64,000 bases of DNA from Ideonella sp. (GTDB lineage: Bacteria; Pseudomonadota; Gammaproteobacteria; Burkholderiales; Burkholderiaceae_C). This document shows positions 1-9,417 of this stretch, piece by piece. The stretch is from the NCBI RefSeq assembly GCF_036277275.1, contig NZ_DASUNH010000110.1:2014-66013 (forward strand), written 5' to 3'. The first letter of the stretch is position 1, and every line of letters begins with the position of its first letter. The notes below the pieces were generated by a model. It saw only the letters and a program-made list of their open reading frames with translations. It had not been told where the DNA came from and searched no databases. Made by a program: the position numbers and the translations under genes.

Positions 1-752
1 TGGCCGATCTTCAGACCGCCGAGCTCAGCCTCGGGTACGTAGAAGCGGGCCTTGCGCGCCTCGGGCGGCAACAGCGAAACGACCGGCTGGCCGGCGGGCA
101 CGTACTCGCCGGCACGCCAGAAGGTGTCGGCCACAAGACCGGCCGCTGGTGCGGCCTGCAACGTTTGTTGCTCGCGCCAGACCAGCTGTTGGCGGGCCTG
201 CTTCGCCGCTTCGACCTGGGCCTTGGCGCTTTCGCGCTCGTCCACACGGGCGGGCAGGGTGGCCACGCGCAGGCTCGCTTCGAGCTCGGTGACGCGGTCG
301 CGGGCCTGGGTGCGGGCGGTGGTCGCATCGTCCAGCCGCGACTGGCTGACGAAGTTCTGATCGACCAGCGCCTTCTGGCGCAGCCACTCGGTCTCGGCCC
401 GCGCGGCTTGCGCCCGCGCTTGAGCGAGCTGCGCGCGCACGACGGCCACCTCGTCGACGCGCCGGCCCTTGGTGGTGTTCTCGGCCTGGGCCTGGGCCGC
501 CAGTACGCGGGCATCGGCTTCGGCGCGTGCGGCTCGTTCCGGCGTCGCGTCGAGCGTGAACAGCGGCGCGCCGGCCATGACCTGTTGCCCGGCCTGCACC
601 GACACGCTCTTCAAGGTCCCGGCCACCGGCGCGGCGACGTAGATGTAGTCGCCTTCGGCATAACCCGACCAGCCCGAGTCGACGGGCGCCCTGCACGCGC
701 TCAACAGGGCAAGGGCGCCAAGTGCGGCGGTGCCCGTCCGGAATCGGTTCAT
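1..752 (-). CDS. HlyD/YbhG-type efflux periplasmic adaptor (3' end truncated by window edge)
   Basis: Not in the ORF track because it has no stop in the window. ATG at 752 overlaps the TetR stop (ATGA). Translates MNRFRTGTAALGALALLSAC (lipobox) ...WSGYAEGDYIYVAAPVAGTL..., a typical membrane-fusion protein N-terminus. Confidence 0.85.
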   Translation of the reverse strand, partial: MNRFRTGTAALGALALLSACRAPVDSGWSGYAEGDYIYVAAPVAGTLKSVSVQAGQQVMAGAPLFTLDATPERAARAEADARVLAAQAQAENTTKGRRVDEVAVVRAQLAQARAQAARAETEWLRQKALVDQNFVSQSRLDDATTARTQARDRVTELEASLRVATLPARVDERESAKAQVEAAKQARQQLVWREQQTLQAAPAAGLVADTFWRAGEYVPAGQPVVSLLPPEARKARFYVPEAELGGLKIG

Positions 753-1402
753 GCTTTCTTCCTCAGCCTGGCGGATGGGGGCGTGCGCAGCGCGATCAGC
801 GCCATCTGGACGCGCTGCTTGATGGCGGCGTCACTCAGCACCTGGGCCTGCACTGCATTGCCGACGATGGCCGGGGCAACGCCGAGCGATGCCATGGCGG
901 GCGCCGCCAGCATTGGCGACAGCACCGCACCCATCAAGAACACAAAGCGCTGCAGCGGCGGCGCGGGTTGCAGCTCGCCGGCTGCTTCGGCCTCGGCCAT
1001 CAGTTGCATCAGCAGGCCCAGGTGGCGTGGCGCGTTGGCGCGGACGAAGTCGTGCACCACCGTTTCGCCATTGGCCGCATCGACGGCCAGCCGGCCGACC
1101 AACGCGTGATGCTCGCGCACGAAGGTGCCGAGCGTGATCAGCGCAGCCTGCAGTCGATCGAGCACCGGGCCTTCGCGCGTGGCCCCGGCCGACAGCTTGG
1201 CGAACATCTGTTCGTACAGCTGCTGCAGCACCGCCTGCAGGAACGCGGCCTTGCTGCCGAAGTGGTAGTGAAACATCGCCGGGTTGACGCCCGCATGCTC
1301 AGCCACCCGCCGCACCGACAAGCCGGCGCAGCCGAGTTGCGGCAGCAGGGCCAGGCCGCTGCGCAGCAGGGCTTGATCGATGCCTTGGGATGGGCGGGCC
1401 AC
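749..1402 (-). CDS. TetR/AcrR family regulator (CecR/YbiH-like position upstream of HlyD)
   Basis: HTH LSVRRVAEHAGVNPAMFHYHFGSK; translationally coupled to the HlyD gene. Confidence 0.9.
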   Translation of the reverse strand: MARPSQGIDQALLRSGLALLPQLGCAGLSVRRVAEHAGVNPAMFHYHFGSKAAFLQAVLQQLYEQMFAKLSAGATREGPVLDRLQAALITLGTFVREHHALVGRLAVDAANGETVVHDFVRANAPRHLGLLMQLMAEAEAAGELQPAPPLQRFVFLMGAVLSPMLAAPAMASLGVAPAIVGNAVQAQVLSDAAIKQRVQMALIALRTPPSARLRKKA

Positions 1403-1408
1403 GGTGAA

Positions 1409-1430
1409 TTATTGGTCGAGTGACCAGTAA
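1409..1430. promoter_or_regulatory. Probable TetR autoregulatory operator
   Basis: Inverted repeat ttattggtc-gagt-gaccagtaa (1 mismatch) immediately upstream of the TetR start. Confidence 0.6.
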
Positions 1431-1613
1431 ATGGCAAGCCCATGCGGGCGGGTGGGGCGTGACGCCTGACGTGTTTCCTCCGGCGAACGGCGGGGGCTTG
1501 GGACTGCGCTGGCAGCGGAAGCGCTGACGGCTTTTTCCTACACCACTTCGGTCCAATGGCCGATGCCGCGCATTGGCTCGGGGAGGCACATTGGGCTGAT
1601 CACGAAGGAGTAA

Positions 1614-1826
1614 TTGACCATGCTGAAACGACTTTGCATGATTGCCCTCTGCGGCGCATCACTGGCCACCTTGAGCGCCTGCGTGGTGGCACCGGCGGCC
1701 CCGCGTCCGGGATACGTGCACGACGGAGACAGAGATGGTGTGCCGAACCGGTACGACCGTGACCGGGACAACGACGGCGTGCCCAACCGCTACGACCGAC
1801 GGCCGTACACGCCGTACCAGCGCTGA
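1614..1826 (+). CDS. Small lipoprotein with two thrombospondin-type-3-like DxDxDGVPNRYD repeats
   Basis: Lipobox LSAC, then DGDRDGVPNRYD/DRDNDGVPNRYD; RBS aaggag upstream; start may be ATG 1620. Confidence 0.75.
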   Translation: MTMLKRLCMIALCGASLATLSACVVAPAAPRPGYVHDGDRDGVPNRYDRDRDNDGVPNRYDRRPYTPYQR

Positions 1827-1985
1827 CGTCGAGTAAGCGCGGGCGGGCGATAGCCGCCCGTGCAGCTTTCGACGCTAGCGGAACACAAAAAGCGCGTCTT
1901 TGGCCGCCTGGCGTCGTTGCAAATCCCTCGCGATGCCACTGGCATTGCTGCGGTTTGCGCCGAGCCAGACAACCAACTCATTGCG

Positions 1986-4229
1986 CTAGACAAAATCAAC
2001 GAACTTGCTGAACGGCATCTCTCGCAACCGCTTGCCGGTGGCGGCAAAGATGGCCGCGGCGAGTGCGGGGGCGGCCGGCGGCACCGGTGGTTCGCCGATA
2101 CCGCGCATGCGCGGTGCGTTCTCCAGGCCACGCACGGCGATACGTGGGCACTGGTCCAGCCTCATGGCCTGGAACTGCGAGAAGTTCGTCTGCTGCGCCA
2201 TGCCGTCGGCATAGGTGATCTCGCAGTTCATCGCATGGCCCAGGGCCCAGACGACGGCGCCCTTGACTTGGTTGTCGAAGTTCACCGGGTCGACGATGCG
2301 GCCCACGTCGACGGCCACGAACACCTTGTCGATGCGAATGCCCTTGTCGGTCTGGGTGACCTCCACCACCTCGGCCACCGGCACGCCGAAGCTGTCGACG
2401 AAGGCCACGCCGCGCCCGCGGCCGGGCTCCAGTTTCGTGCCCCAGTTGGACATCTCGCCGACCGCTTCGAGCACCTTGCGCGAGACCCCGTGATTGCACA
2501 GCCGAAGCCGCTCCTGCAGTGGGTCGGCCCCGGCCGCGTGGATCAGTTCATCCAGGAACGCGTTGGCAAAGAAGCCTTGGGTCGAGGCCCCGACCGAACG
2601 CCACGAACTGGTCGGTGCCAGTTCCGGCACCTTGTAGGCGCGCATGCGGAAGTGCGGCACGGCAAACGGCTGGTTCCACGCGCCTGCGGCGATCTGGCCA
2701 TCCGCGCCCGGAGGTTTGGACCGGCCCAGGCGCGCTGACTGCGACGCAGACGAGCTGACCGTGGCCACCTGCAGGTCATACGCATGCACCTTGCCGTCTT
2801 TCACCACGCCCTTGCCGCGCGCCATGCCGATCTGGCGCGGGAAGTCGTGGGCAAAGTCTTCCTCGCGCGAGTAGGTCAGCTTCACCGGCGTGCCGCGCAT
2901 CTGCTTCGCGATCTCGGCACACAGCGTGACATTCTCGAACTCCAACCGGTGGCCGAAACTGCCGCCCGCGTATTGCTGGTGGAAGCGCACATGTTCGGGC
3001 TTCACGCCCACAACCGCCGCGACCTTTTGCTGCACGAAGCGCGGCATCTGGTGCGCCACCCACACGTCTACGCCGTCCTCACCGACCTTGACGATGGCGT
3101 TCAACGGTTCCAGCGGCGCGTGGGCGAGGTAGGGCGCGCGGTACTCCGCCTCGACGACAGGGCCGTCCGTCAACGCCTTGTCGACGTCACCGTCGTGCCG
3201 CCACTCCTTGTCCATCCGCTCCGGTGTGAAGCTTGCTGCGATCGCGGCCCAATGGTCCTTCATTTCTGCCGGGTAGGGCGCCGGGCCCCAATCGCACTCG
3301 ATGGCCTTGGCGGCCTGGATCGCGCGCCAGGTGTTGTCGGCCACCACCGCGACGCCGTTCGTCACGGGCAGGATCTTCTTCACGCCTCGCAGACCCTTGA
3401 CCTTGCTGTCGTCGTACCGGTTCAGCTTGCCGCCTTGGCGTGGGTTGACCTTCACGGCGGCATGCGCCATGCCTTCCACACTCAAGTCGATGCCGTAGTG
3501 CAGCGTGCCGGTGGACTTGGCGACGATATCCAGGCGCTGCATCGGCTTGCCGATCAGGCGCCACTCAGAAGGGGCGCGCAACGTCACCTCGTGCACCGGC
3601 TCCAACGTCGCCGCGATCTCGGCCAGCTCGGTGTACTTCAGCTCTTTACCGTCAGGCAACTGCACTGCGCCGCGCGCCGTCTTCAGTTGTGCGACGGGTA
3701 CACCGGTCTGGCGCGAAGCGGCGAGCTTGAGCGTCTCGCGAGCGACAGCGCCCGCCTCGCGCAGCTTGTCGAAGCCGTCTGGCACCGTCGATGAGCCGCC
3801 GGTCACCATCAGGCCCATCACCTTGAACAGCCCGCCCATCACGTCGCGCATGGCCTCGGCCTGCCAGCCCGTGTCGTGGGAGTGAAAGGGGACTTGCTCC
3901 GCAGACAGGGCGCGGTTGTAGTAGGCCTGCGCAGGCACGCCCGGGCCGATGCGGAACTGGCCGAACTCGATGTCCAGTTCCTCGGCGATCAGTGCCGCCT
4001 GCACCGAGTAGGCGCCCTGGCCCAGGTCGGTGTGCGGAGTGATCAGCGTGACCGACTCCTTGTCGATCCTCACCCACGGGGTCAGCGCGGCTTCACTGGG
4101 CATCAAGCCCTCGGCCAACGGATTGGGAATCGCCTTGCGCACCTGATAGGCACCGAAGACCACGCCGCCCGCCACGGCGGCGGAGCCGATGAGGAAGGTG
4201 CGGCGTGCGATGGTCTTGACTCGGCTCAT
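1986..4229 (-). CDS. iorB: Xanthine dehydrogenase-family molybdopterin subunit (isoquinoline 1-oxidoreductase beta-like), Tat-exported
   Basis: Start MSRVKTIARRTFL (twin-Arg); motifs GGSFG, WRSVG, GIGEPPVPP; start revised from the track to ATG 4229. Confidence 0.85.
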   Translation of the reverse strand: MSRVKTIARRTFLIGSAAVAGGVVFGAYQVRKAIPNPLAEGLMPSEAALTPWVRIDKESVTLITPHTDLGQGAYSVQAALIAEELDIEFGQFRIGPGVPAQAYYNRALSAEQVPFHSHDTGWQAEAMRDVMGGLFKVMGLMVTGGSSTVPDGFDKLREAGAVARETLKLAASRQTGVPVAQLKTARGAVQLPDGKELKYTELAEIAATLEPVHEVTLRAPSEWRLIGKPMQRLDIVAKSTGTLHYGIDLSVEGMAHAAVKVNPRQGGKLNRYDDSKVKGLRGVKKILPVTNGVAVVADNTWRAIQAAKAIECDWGPAPYPAEMKDHWAAIAASFTPERMDKEWRHDGDVDKALTDGPVVEAEYRAPYLAHAPLEPLNAIVKVGEDGVDVWVAHQMPRFVQQKVAAVVGVKPEHVRFHQQYAGGSFGHRLEFENVTLCAEIAKQMRGTPVKLTYSREEDFAHDFPRQIGMARGKGVVKDGKVHAYDLQVATVSSSASQSARLGRSKPPGADGQIAAGAWNQPFAVPHFRMRAYKVPELAPTSSWRSVGASTQGFFANAFLDELIHAAGADPLQERLRLCNHGVSRKVLEAVGEMSNWGTKLEPGRGRGVAFVDSFGVPVAEVVEVTQTDKGIRIDKVFVAVDVGRIVDPVNFDNQVKGAVVWALGHAMNCEITYADGMAQQTNFSQFQAMRLDQCPRIAVRGLENAPRMRGIGEPPVPPAAPALAAAIFAATGKRLREMPFSKFVDFV

Positions 4230-4231
4230 GG

Positions 4232-4690
4232 TCAGGCCCCCTTCAGCATCTTCGCCGCGGTCTTGACCGCCTCGCGGATGCGGGGATAGGTGCCGCAGCG
4301 GCACAGGTTGGCCGCCATCGCCTGGTCGATCTGTTCGTCCGTGGGCGAGGGCACCGTGGCCAGGAAGGCCGCCGCGGTCATGATCTGCCCTGCCTGGCAA
4401 TAGCCGCATTGCGCCACCTGGTGCGTGACCCAGGCCTTCTGCACGGCGTGCAACGCCTCGGGCTGGCCGAGCCCTTCGATCGTCACGACGGGTGCCGCCA
4501 CCGCGCTCGCTGGCATCGAGCACGAGCGAACCGCAGTGCCACCGACGTGGACCGTGCAGGCGCCGCAGTAGCCGATGCCGCAGCCGTACTTCGGGCCGGT
4601 GATGTGCAGTTCATCCCGCAGCACCCACAGCAGCGGCATCTCGGGTTCGACGTCGACCTCGTGGTCGTGTCCGTTGACGTTCAGTTTCAT
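4232..4690 (-). CDS. iorA: (2Fe-2S)-binding subunit of IorAB-type oxidoreductase
   Basis: [14 protein letters not shown] and QCGYCQAG...CRCGTY motifs. Confidence 0.9.
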   Translation of the reverse strand: MKLNVNGHDHEVDVEPEMPLLWVLRDELHITGPKYGCGIGYCGACTVHVGGTAVRSCSMPASAVAAPVVTIEGLGQPEALHAVQKAWVTHQVAQCGYCQAGQIMTAAAFLATVPSPTDEQIDQAMAANLCRCGTYPRIREAVKTAAKMLKGA

Positions 4691-4938
4691 GCGGGGCTCC
4701 GTGGTGGCTCGAACATCGATGGGCGCGCAATGACCAGTCCCTCGAACGGCAGCTTCGCCAAGGCGTCCTGGAGTTCGCCCTTCACGCGGCTGTAGAAGAC
4801 TTCTGACCCGGCATCGGCCCCCGTCGCGCTGACCAGGCTGTGCACCGCGGCCACGCTCGGGTCGGCCAGAAGGCCCTGCAAGATCTCTCTGCCCACGAGG
4901 CCCGTGGCGCCCGCTGCGATGACGGTTCGGTTGGCCAT
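4687..4938 (-). pseudogene. Internally deleted, C-terminally truncated paralog of the adjacent NAD(P)-binding protein
   Basis: Aligns to 4958-5569 at both ends but lacks a 73-aa internal block; the stop overlaps the iorA start. Confidence 0.75.
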
Positions 4939-4957
4939 GTTCGAACTCCGATCTGGT

Positions 4958-5569
4958 TCAGAAGGACGGCAGCATCTCGCACCGCGACGAACCGGGAAGC
5001 AAGAGCGTTCTGCCCTTGGCGTACGGGACGACCGAGAGCAATGCCTTGGCCACTGCCGACGCGTTGATCGGCGCGGCGATGAGGAATCCCACCGCCCTTC
5101 CGACGAGGTTGCGTTTTCCGACGAGCACCGATGGCCGCGCGATGGCCGTGCCCTGGAACGGCAGCTTCGCCAAAGCGTCTTCGAGCTCGCCTTTCACGCG
5201 GCTGTGGAAGACGTTCGAACGGGAGTCGGCGCCCATCGCGCTCACCAGACCGAGTTTCTTGGCGCCTGCGGCCAGCGCCGCCGCGGCCACGGCCAGATTG
5301 GCCTCGTAGTTGATGGCGCGAAGTGCGGCCTGGCTTCCGGCGACCCTGATCGTCGTTCCGAGCGCCAGATACACCTCGTCTACCGGTGGCAGGGCGGGCA
5401 GCCTGGCGAAGTCGACGACATGGGCCGTCAGCTTCGGATGTTGTGCCGCGGGCCTCTTGCGGCCCAGGCTGTGCACCGCGTCGACGGTCCGGTCGGTCAA
5501 CAGGCCCTGCAGAATCTCTCGGCCCACGCGGCCCGTGGCGCCTGCAATGAGGACGGTTCGGTTTGGCAT
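4958..5569 (-). CDS. NAD(P)H-binding atypical SDR (YraR/TIP30-like)
   Basis: GATGRVG Rossmann motif, LGTT, VSAMGAD, SRVKGE. Confidence 0.8.
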   Translation of the reverse strand: MPNRTVLIAGATGRVGREILQGLLTDRTVDAVHSLGRKRPAAQHPKLTAHVVDFARLPALPPVDEVYLALGTTIRVAGSQAALRAINYEANLAVAAAALAAGAKKLGLVSAMGADSRSNVFHSRVKGELEDALAKLPFQGTAIARPSVLVGKRNLVGRAVGFLIAAPINASAVAKALLSVVPYAKGRTLLLPGSSRCEMLPSF

Positions 5570-5582
5570 GCGTGCTTTTTAG

Positions 5583-5603
5583 CGAAAAACGGTTCGGTTA
5601 AAA
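5583..5603. promoter_or_regulatory. Repeated motif CGAA-N6-TTCGGTTAAAA, copy 1 (upstream of SDR)
   Basis: Same motif and spacing found at 6212-6232. Confidence 0.45.
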
Positions 5604-5620
5604 ATCAAAAGAAACCGGCT

Positions 5621-6193
5621 TCATGCCCTGACGGCGTCCCAGCAGATCTGGAAGCCGCTGATGCGGGTCTTTTCGTCGTTTGGCAGATCGCCGCGGGCGA
5701 CGAGGACTGCGGTCTCTTTCGCCAGGCCCATGACGCTCGCTGCCAGCAGGTGCGGCGGCACGGGCTTGAGTTGCTCACTCTTCTGTCCGGCGACGATGAG
5801 CTCGATGAACGGCGCCAACATGCGCTGGCTCATCGCGCGGCTGGTCTCGCTGAGGAACTCGGAGTGGTAGTACTGCTCGAGGAAAGCCATCTGTTGCTGG
5901 TTCTCGATGCGGTTGTCCACCATGTTGTTCCAGATCCGGCGCACTCTCGACTTCAGCGAGGCCTGCGGTTCGTCATTCTGTGCGTAGCGTGTGACGGTGG
6001 CCGTCTTGGCTTTCTGGTACACATCGTCGAGCAAATCCTCGCGGGACTTGTAGTAGACGTACAGCGTGCTGGTCGCGACGCCTGCGTCGCGGGCGATGTC
6101 GGCCAAGGTCACGGCAGACAGACCATGGCGCGCCACCAGCCGGTAGACGGCAGCGGCAATGGCTTCAACCTTTTTCTCGTCCTTGGGCCTCAT
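5621..6193 (-). CDS. TetR/AcrR family regulator
   Basis: HTH VTLADIARDAGVATSTLYVYYKSRE. Confidence 0.9.
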   Translation of the reverse strand: MRPKDEKKVEAIAAAVYRLVARHGLSAVTLADIARDAGVATSTLYVYYKSREDLLDDVYQKAKTATVTRYAQNDEPQASLKSRVRRIWNNMVDNRIENQQQMAFLEQYYHSEFLSETSRAMSQRMLAPFIELIVAGQKSEQLKPVPPHLLAASVMGLAKETAVLVARGDLPNDEKTRISGFQICWDAVRA

Positions 6194-6211
6194 CGTGATT
6201 TGGATCGTACA

Positions 6212-6232
6212 CGAACATTTATTCGGTTAAAA
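6212..6232. promoter_or_regulatory. Repeated motif CGAA-N6-TTCGGTTAAAA, copy 2 (upstream of TetR)
   Basis: Quasi-palindromic CGAA...TTCG core, matches 5583-5603. Confidence 0.45.
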
Positions 6233-6325
6233 GTGCTTTCTTGCACCGGCTGAATCGCCAGACGCGCGTCGCGCCAGCCGCCGGAGGTCAGCGCCAAAAG
6301 CCGTGAGGCCCATCTGCGGCCAGCG

Positions 6326-7372
6326 TCAGGCGGCGTCGGGTTTTGTCGTCGTCCACAGCTGCACCAGCGTCAACCCGATCGCGAGCATCGGCGGGCCAAT
6401 GAAGATGCCGATGAAGCCGTAGGCGACGATGCCGCCGAACACACCGAGCAGGATCAGCAGCAGCGGCAAGCTGCTGGCGCGGCTGATCAGGAAGGGCTTG
6501 ACGACGTTGTCGATCGAGCTGACCGCGAACAGGCCCCAGAGGACCATGAAGATGCCCCAGCCCACCGAGCCCTGCACGAAGAGCCAGATCGCCGCACCAC
6601 CCCAGATGAGCGGCGGGCCGACCGGGATCATCGAGAGCAAGAAGGTCGCGGAGGCCAGCGCCAACGCTCCCGGAACGCCGGCGATCAAGAAGCCGACCAG
6701 CGCCACCATGGCCTGCGCCAGCGCAGTGCCGAAGATACCGTGCACGACCCCGATCACCGTGCCGTTGATCGTCGACAGCAGCGTGTCGCCCAGGGGCCCT
6801 GCGAGCTTGGCCAGGATCGCGCGGGCGGCTCGCACCAGCTGTTCGCCGTCGCGGTAGAAGAAGAACGCGATGAAGGTGGCGAACGTCAGCTGCAGCAGGC
6901 TGCCGCCGATCGCCTTGCCGGCGCCCAGCAGCACGATGCGCGCCGGCTCGAACAGGCTCTTCAGCAGCGCATTCAACTCCTCGCGGCTGGCGGCGATGCG
7001 CTGCCAGTAGTCGGCCAGCGCGGCGCCGACGAGCGGCACATCGCGCAGCCAGCCGGGCGGCTGCAGCGGCCCGTGGTCGAGCAGGTTGCGCGCTCCGTCG
7101 AACATCGAGGCCACGTCATCGGCCAAGCTCAGGGCGAGCAGCGTCGACGGGCCGATCACCAGCACGACCAGCAGCAGTGTCATCAGCAGCGCGGCCCAGA
7201 CGGCGCGGCCGCCGACGGCGTCGCGCAGGCGCCGATAGAGTGGCCAGCTCGCGGTGCAGACGACCGCGGCGAACAACAGCGCCGGGATGAATGGATGCAG
7301 GACCTGATAGCAGCCGACGACAACGACCACGACGGCCGCCAGTCGGGCGTAATGCTGAAGACTGTGGTTCAT
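6326..7372 (-). CDS. AI-2E family (PerM/YdiK-like) transporter
   Basis: Multiple TM helices; IDNVVKPFLIS and GFIGIFIGP family motifs; start MNHSLQ at 7372. Confidence 0.85.
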   Translation of the reverse strand: MNHSLQHYARLAAVVVVVVGCYQVLHPFIPALLFAAVVCTASWPLYRRLRDAVGGRAVWAALLMTLLLVVLVIGPSTLLALSLADDVASMFDGARNLLDHGPLQPPGWLRDVPLVGAALADYWQRIAASREELNALLKSLFEPARIVLLGAGKAIGGSLLQLTFATFIAFFFYRDGEQLVRAARAILAKLAGPLGDTLLSTINGTVIGVVHGIFGTALAQAMVALVGFLIAGVPGALALASATFLLSMIPVGPPLIWGGAAIWLFVQGSVGWGIFMVLWGLFAVSSIDNVVKPFLISRASSLPLLLILLGVFGGIVAYGFIGIFIGPPMLAIGLTLVQLWTTTKPDAA

Positions 7373-7480
7373 GCCTGCCCTTCTCAGTGTTTCCCCGCCG
7401 GCGACTATGCCACCTCGGCGCAGGCCGGCGGCCAAGCTGCGCGAAGTGGTGGTGAAGCGGGCTGATAGACTTCCCCCTGA

Positions 7481-7534
7481 CAGCGCCGATTTGTTCCGGA
7501 TTGCGGGCGCTCTACCAAATGCAGCTAAACAGGG
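7481..7534 (+). ncRNA. SAM-II riboswitch
   Basis: gcgcc-GATTT...TTGC-gggcgc...AAATGCAGCTAAAC-AGGG matches the SAM-II H-type pseudoknot consensus; lies upstream of metX. Confidence 0.85.
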
Positions 7535-7544
7535 CCCCGACTTG

Positions 7545-7584
7545 AACCCGGTGTCCGCGTCTTCGCTGCGGTACCGGGTTTTTT
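7545..7584 (+). terminator. Intrinsic terminator between the SAM-II aptamer and metX start
   Basis: aacccggt...accgggtt stem followed by a T6 run, 18 nt before the ATG. Confidence 0.7.
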
Positions 7585-7602
7585 CGTTGGAGGTCAGGTT
7601 TC

Positions 7603-8724
7603 ATGAGGTCGGTCGGCTTCGTCGTCCCGCAAAGCATGCATTTCGCCGAGCCGTTGCCGCTGCGAAGTGGCGCGCAGCTTGCCGACTACACCCTGGTCTA
7701 CGAGACCTACGGCACGCTGAACGCCGATGCCAGCAATGCCGTGCTGGTGTGCCATGCGCTGAACGCGTCTCACCATGTGGCCGGCGATTACGCCGACAAA
7801 CCCAACAGCACCGGCTGGTGGGACAACCTCGTCGGCCCCGGCAAACCACTGGACACGGAGCGCTTCTTCGTCATCGGCGTCAACAACCCCGGTTCATGCT
7901 TCGGCTCGACCGGGCCGATGCACCCGAATCCGGCGACCGGCCGCCCCTATGGCGCCGACTTTCCAGTCGTGACGGTGGAGGATTGGGTCGACGCCCAAGC
8001 GCGACTGGTCTCGCGCCTGGGCATCCAGCAGCTGGCTGCGGTGGTCGGCGGCAGCCTCGGTGGCATGCAGGCGCTGGCCTGGACGCTGCGCCACACCGAT
8101 CGTGTGCGGCATTGCGTGGCGGTGGCCACTGCGCCGAACCTGTCGGCGCAGAACATCGCCTTCAACGAGGTGGCGCGGCGCGCGATCGTGACCGATCCCG
8201 ATTTCCACGGCGGCCATTTCTACGCCCACGGCGCGATCCCGAAGCGCGGCCTTCGCGTGGCCCGCATGATCGGCCACATCACCTACCTGAGCGACGACTC
8301 GATGGAGGCCAAGTTCGGCCGCGAGCTGCGCGAGGCCGAGCTGGGCTACAGCACGCAGGACATCGAGTTCCAGATCGAAAGCTACCTGCGTTACCAGGGC
8401 GACAAGTTCAGCGAGTATTTCGACGCCAACACCTACCTGCTGATCACCCGCGCACTGGACTACTTCGACCCGGCGCGTGCGCATGGCGATGACCTGACGG
8501 CAGCCTTCAAGGTGGCGCGCGACAAGAAGTTCCTCGTCGTCAGCTTCACCACCGACTGGCGCTTCTCGCCAGCACGCTCGCGTGAGATCGTCAAGGCACT
8601 GGTCGACAACCAAATCGAGGTCAGCTACGCCGAGATCGACGCGCCGCACGGCCACGATGCCTTCTTGCTCGAAGATCCGCGCTACCACGGCGTGATGCGG
8701 GCGTACTTCGAGCGGATCCTGTGA
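7603..8724 (+). CDS. metX: Homoserine O-acyltransferase (acetyl/succinyl)
   Basis: [17 protein letters not shown] nucleophile elbow, HGHDAFL. Confidence 0.95.
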   Translation: MRSVGFVVPQSMHFAEPLPLRSGAQLADYTLVYETYGTLNADASNAVLVCHALNASHHVAGDYADKPNSTGWWDNLVGPGKPLDTERFFVIGVNNPGSCFGSTGPMHPNPATGRPYGADFPVVTVEDWVDAQARLVSRLGIQQLAAVVGGSLGGMQALAWTLRHTDRVRHCVAVATAPNLSAQNIAFNEVARRAIVTDPDFHGGHFYAHGAIPKRGLRVARMIGHITYLSDDSMEAKFGRELREAELGYSTQDIEFQIESYLRYQGDKFSEYFDANTYLLITRALDYFDPARAHGDDLTAAFKVARDKKFLVVSFTTDWRFSPARSREIVKALVDNQIEVSYAEIDAPHGHDAFLLEDPRYHGVMRAYFERIL

Positions 8725-8797
8725 CCCCCACGCTCGCCGCCGCTTCGCTGCCCCCCGAGGGGACCCTTGCAGCGGCCCGGCAAAGCCGGATCCGCGC
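8724..8797 (+). repeat. Short REP-like element related to the 189-bp repeats
   Basis: cccccacg start, ccccccgagggg hairpin and gcagcggcccggcaaagccggatccgcgca shared with 40588 and 42211. Confidence 0.7.
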
Positions 8798-8832
8798 AAG
8801 AACCTTGATCAAATTCGACCCCATCGATACGT

Positions 8833-9417
8833 ATGAGTGAGCGAAAAGACCTCGAAGTCATCGCCCGGCTGGTGCCGCAAGGCGCCCGCGTGCTCGACCT
8901 GGGCTGCGGCACGGGTGAGCTGTTGGCCTATCTGCGTGAGACGCGCGGCTGTTCGGGCTATGGCGTGGAGCTGGACGATGCCAACGTGCTGGCCTGCGCG
9001 CGGCGAGGCGTGAACGTGATCCAGCTCAACCTCGAAGAGGGGTTGAAGCTGTTCGAGGACCGCAGCTTCGACGTCGTGCTGCAGCTCGAAACCCTGCAGC
9101 ACCTTCGCAATACCGAGAACATGCTGCGCGAGACCGCTCGTGTTGGCCGCATCGGCATCGTCAGCTTCCCGAACTTCGCGCACTGGGTCAACCGCCTGTC
9201 GATCCTGCGCGGGCGCATGCCGGTGACGCGCGCGCTGCCGTATGAGTGGTACGACACGCCGAACATCCGCGTCGGCACCTACAAGGACTTCGAGGTGCTG
9301 GCGCGCAAGAATGGGCTCGAGGTGATCGACAGCTTCGGCCTGCAAAGCGGCGAGGTGATCCGCCGCTGGCCGAACCTGCGCGCCAGCGTGGCGGTGTTCA
9401 AGTTCGAACGCAGCTAG
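8833..9417 (+). CDS. metW: Methionine biosynthesis protein MetW (SAM-dependent methyltransferase fold)
   Basis: VLDLGCGTG, IVSFPNFAHW, WYDTPNI; follows metX. Confidence 0.93.
   Translation: MSERKDLEVIARLVPQGARVLDLGCGTGELLAYLRETRGCSGYGVELDDANVLACARRGVNVIQLNLEEGLKLFEDRSFDVVLQLETLQHLRNTENMLRETARVGRIGIVSFPNFAHWVNRLSILRGRMPVTRALPYEWYDTPNIRVGTYKDFEVLARKNGLEVIDSFGLQSGEVIRRWPNLRASVAVFKFERS

Noticed and set aside
9414-9417. Overlapping TAG stops of metW and nadE as a special signal
   Set aside because: 4-nt convergent stop overlaps (CTAG) are common and not informative on their own.
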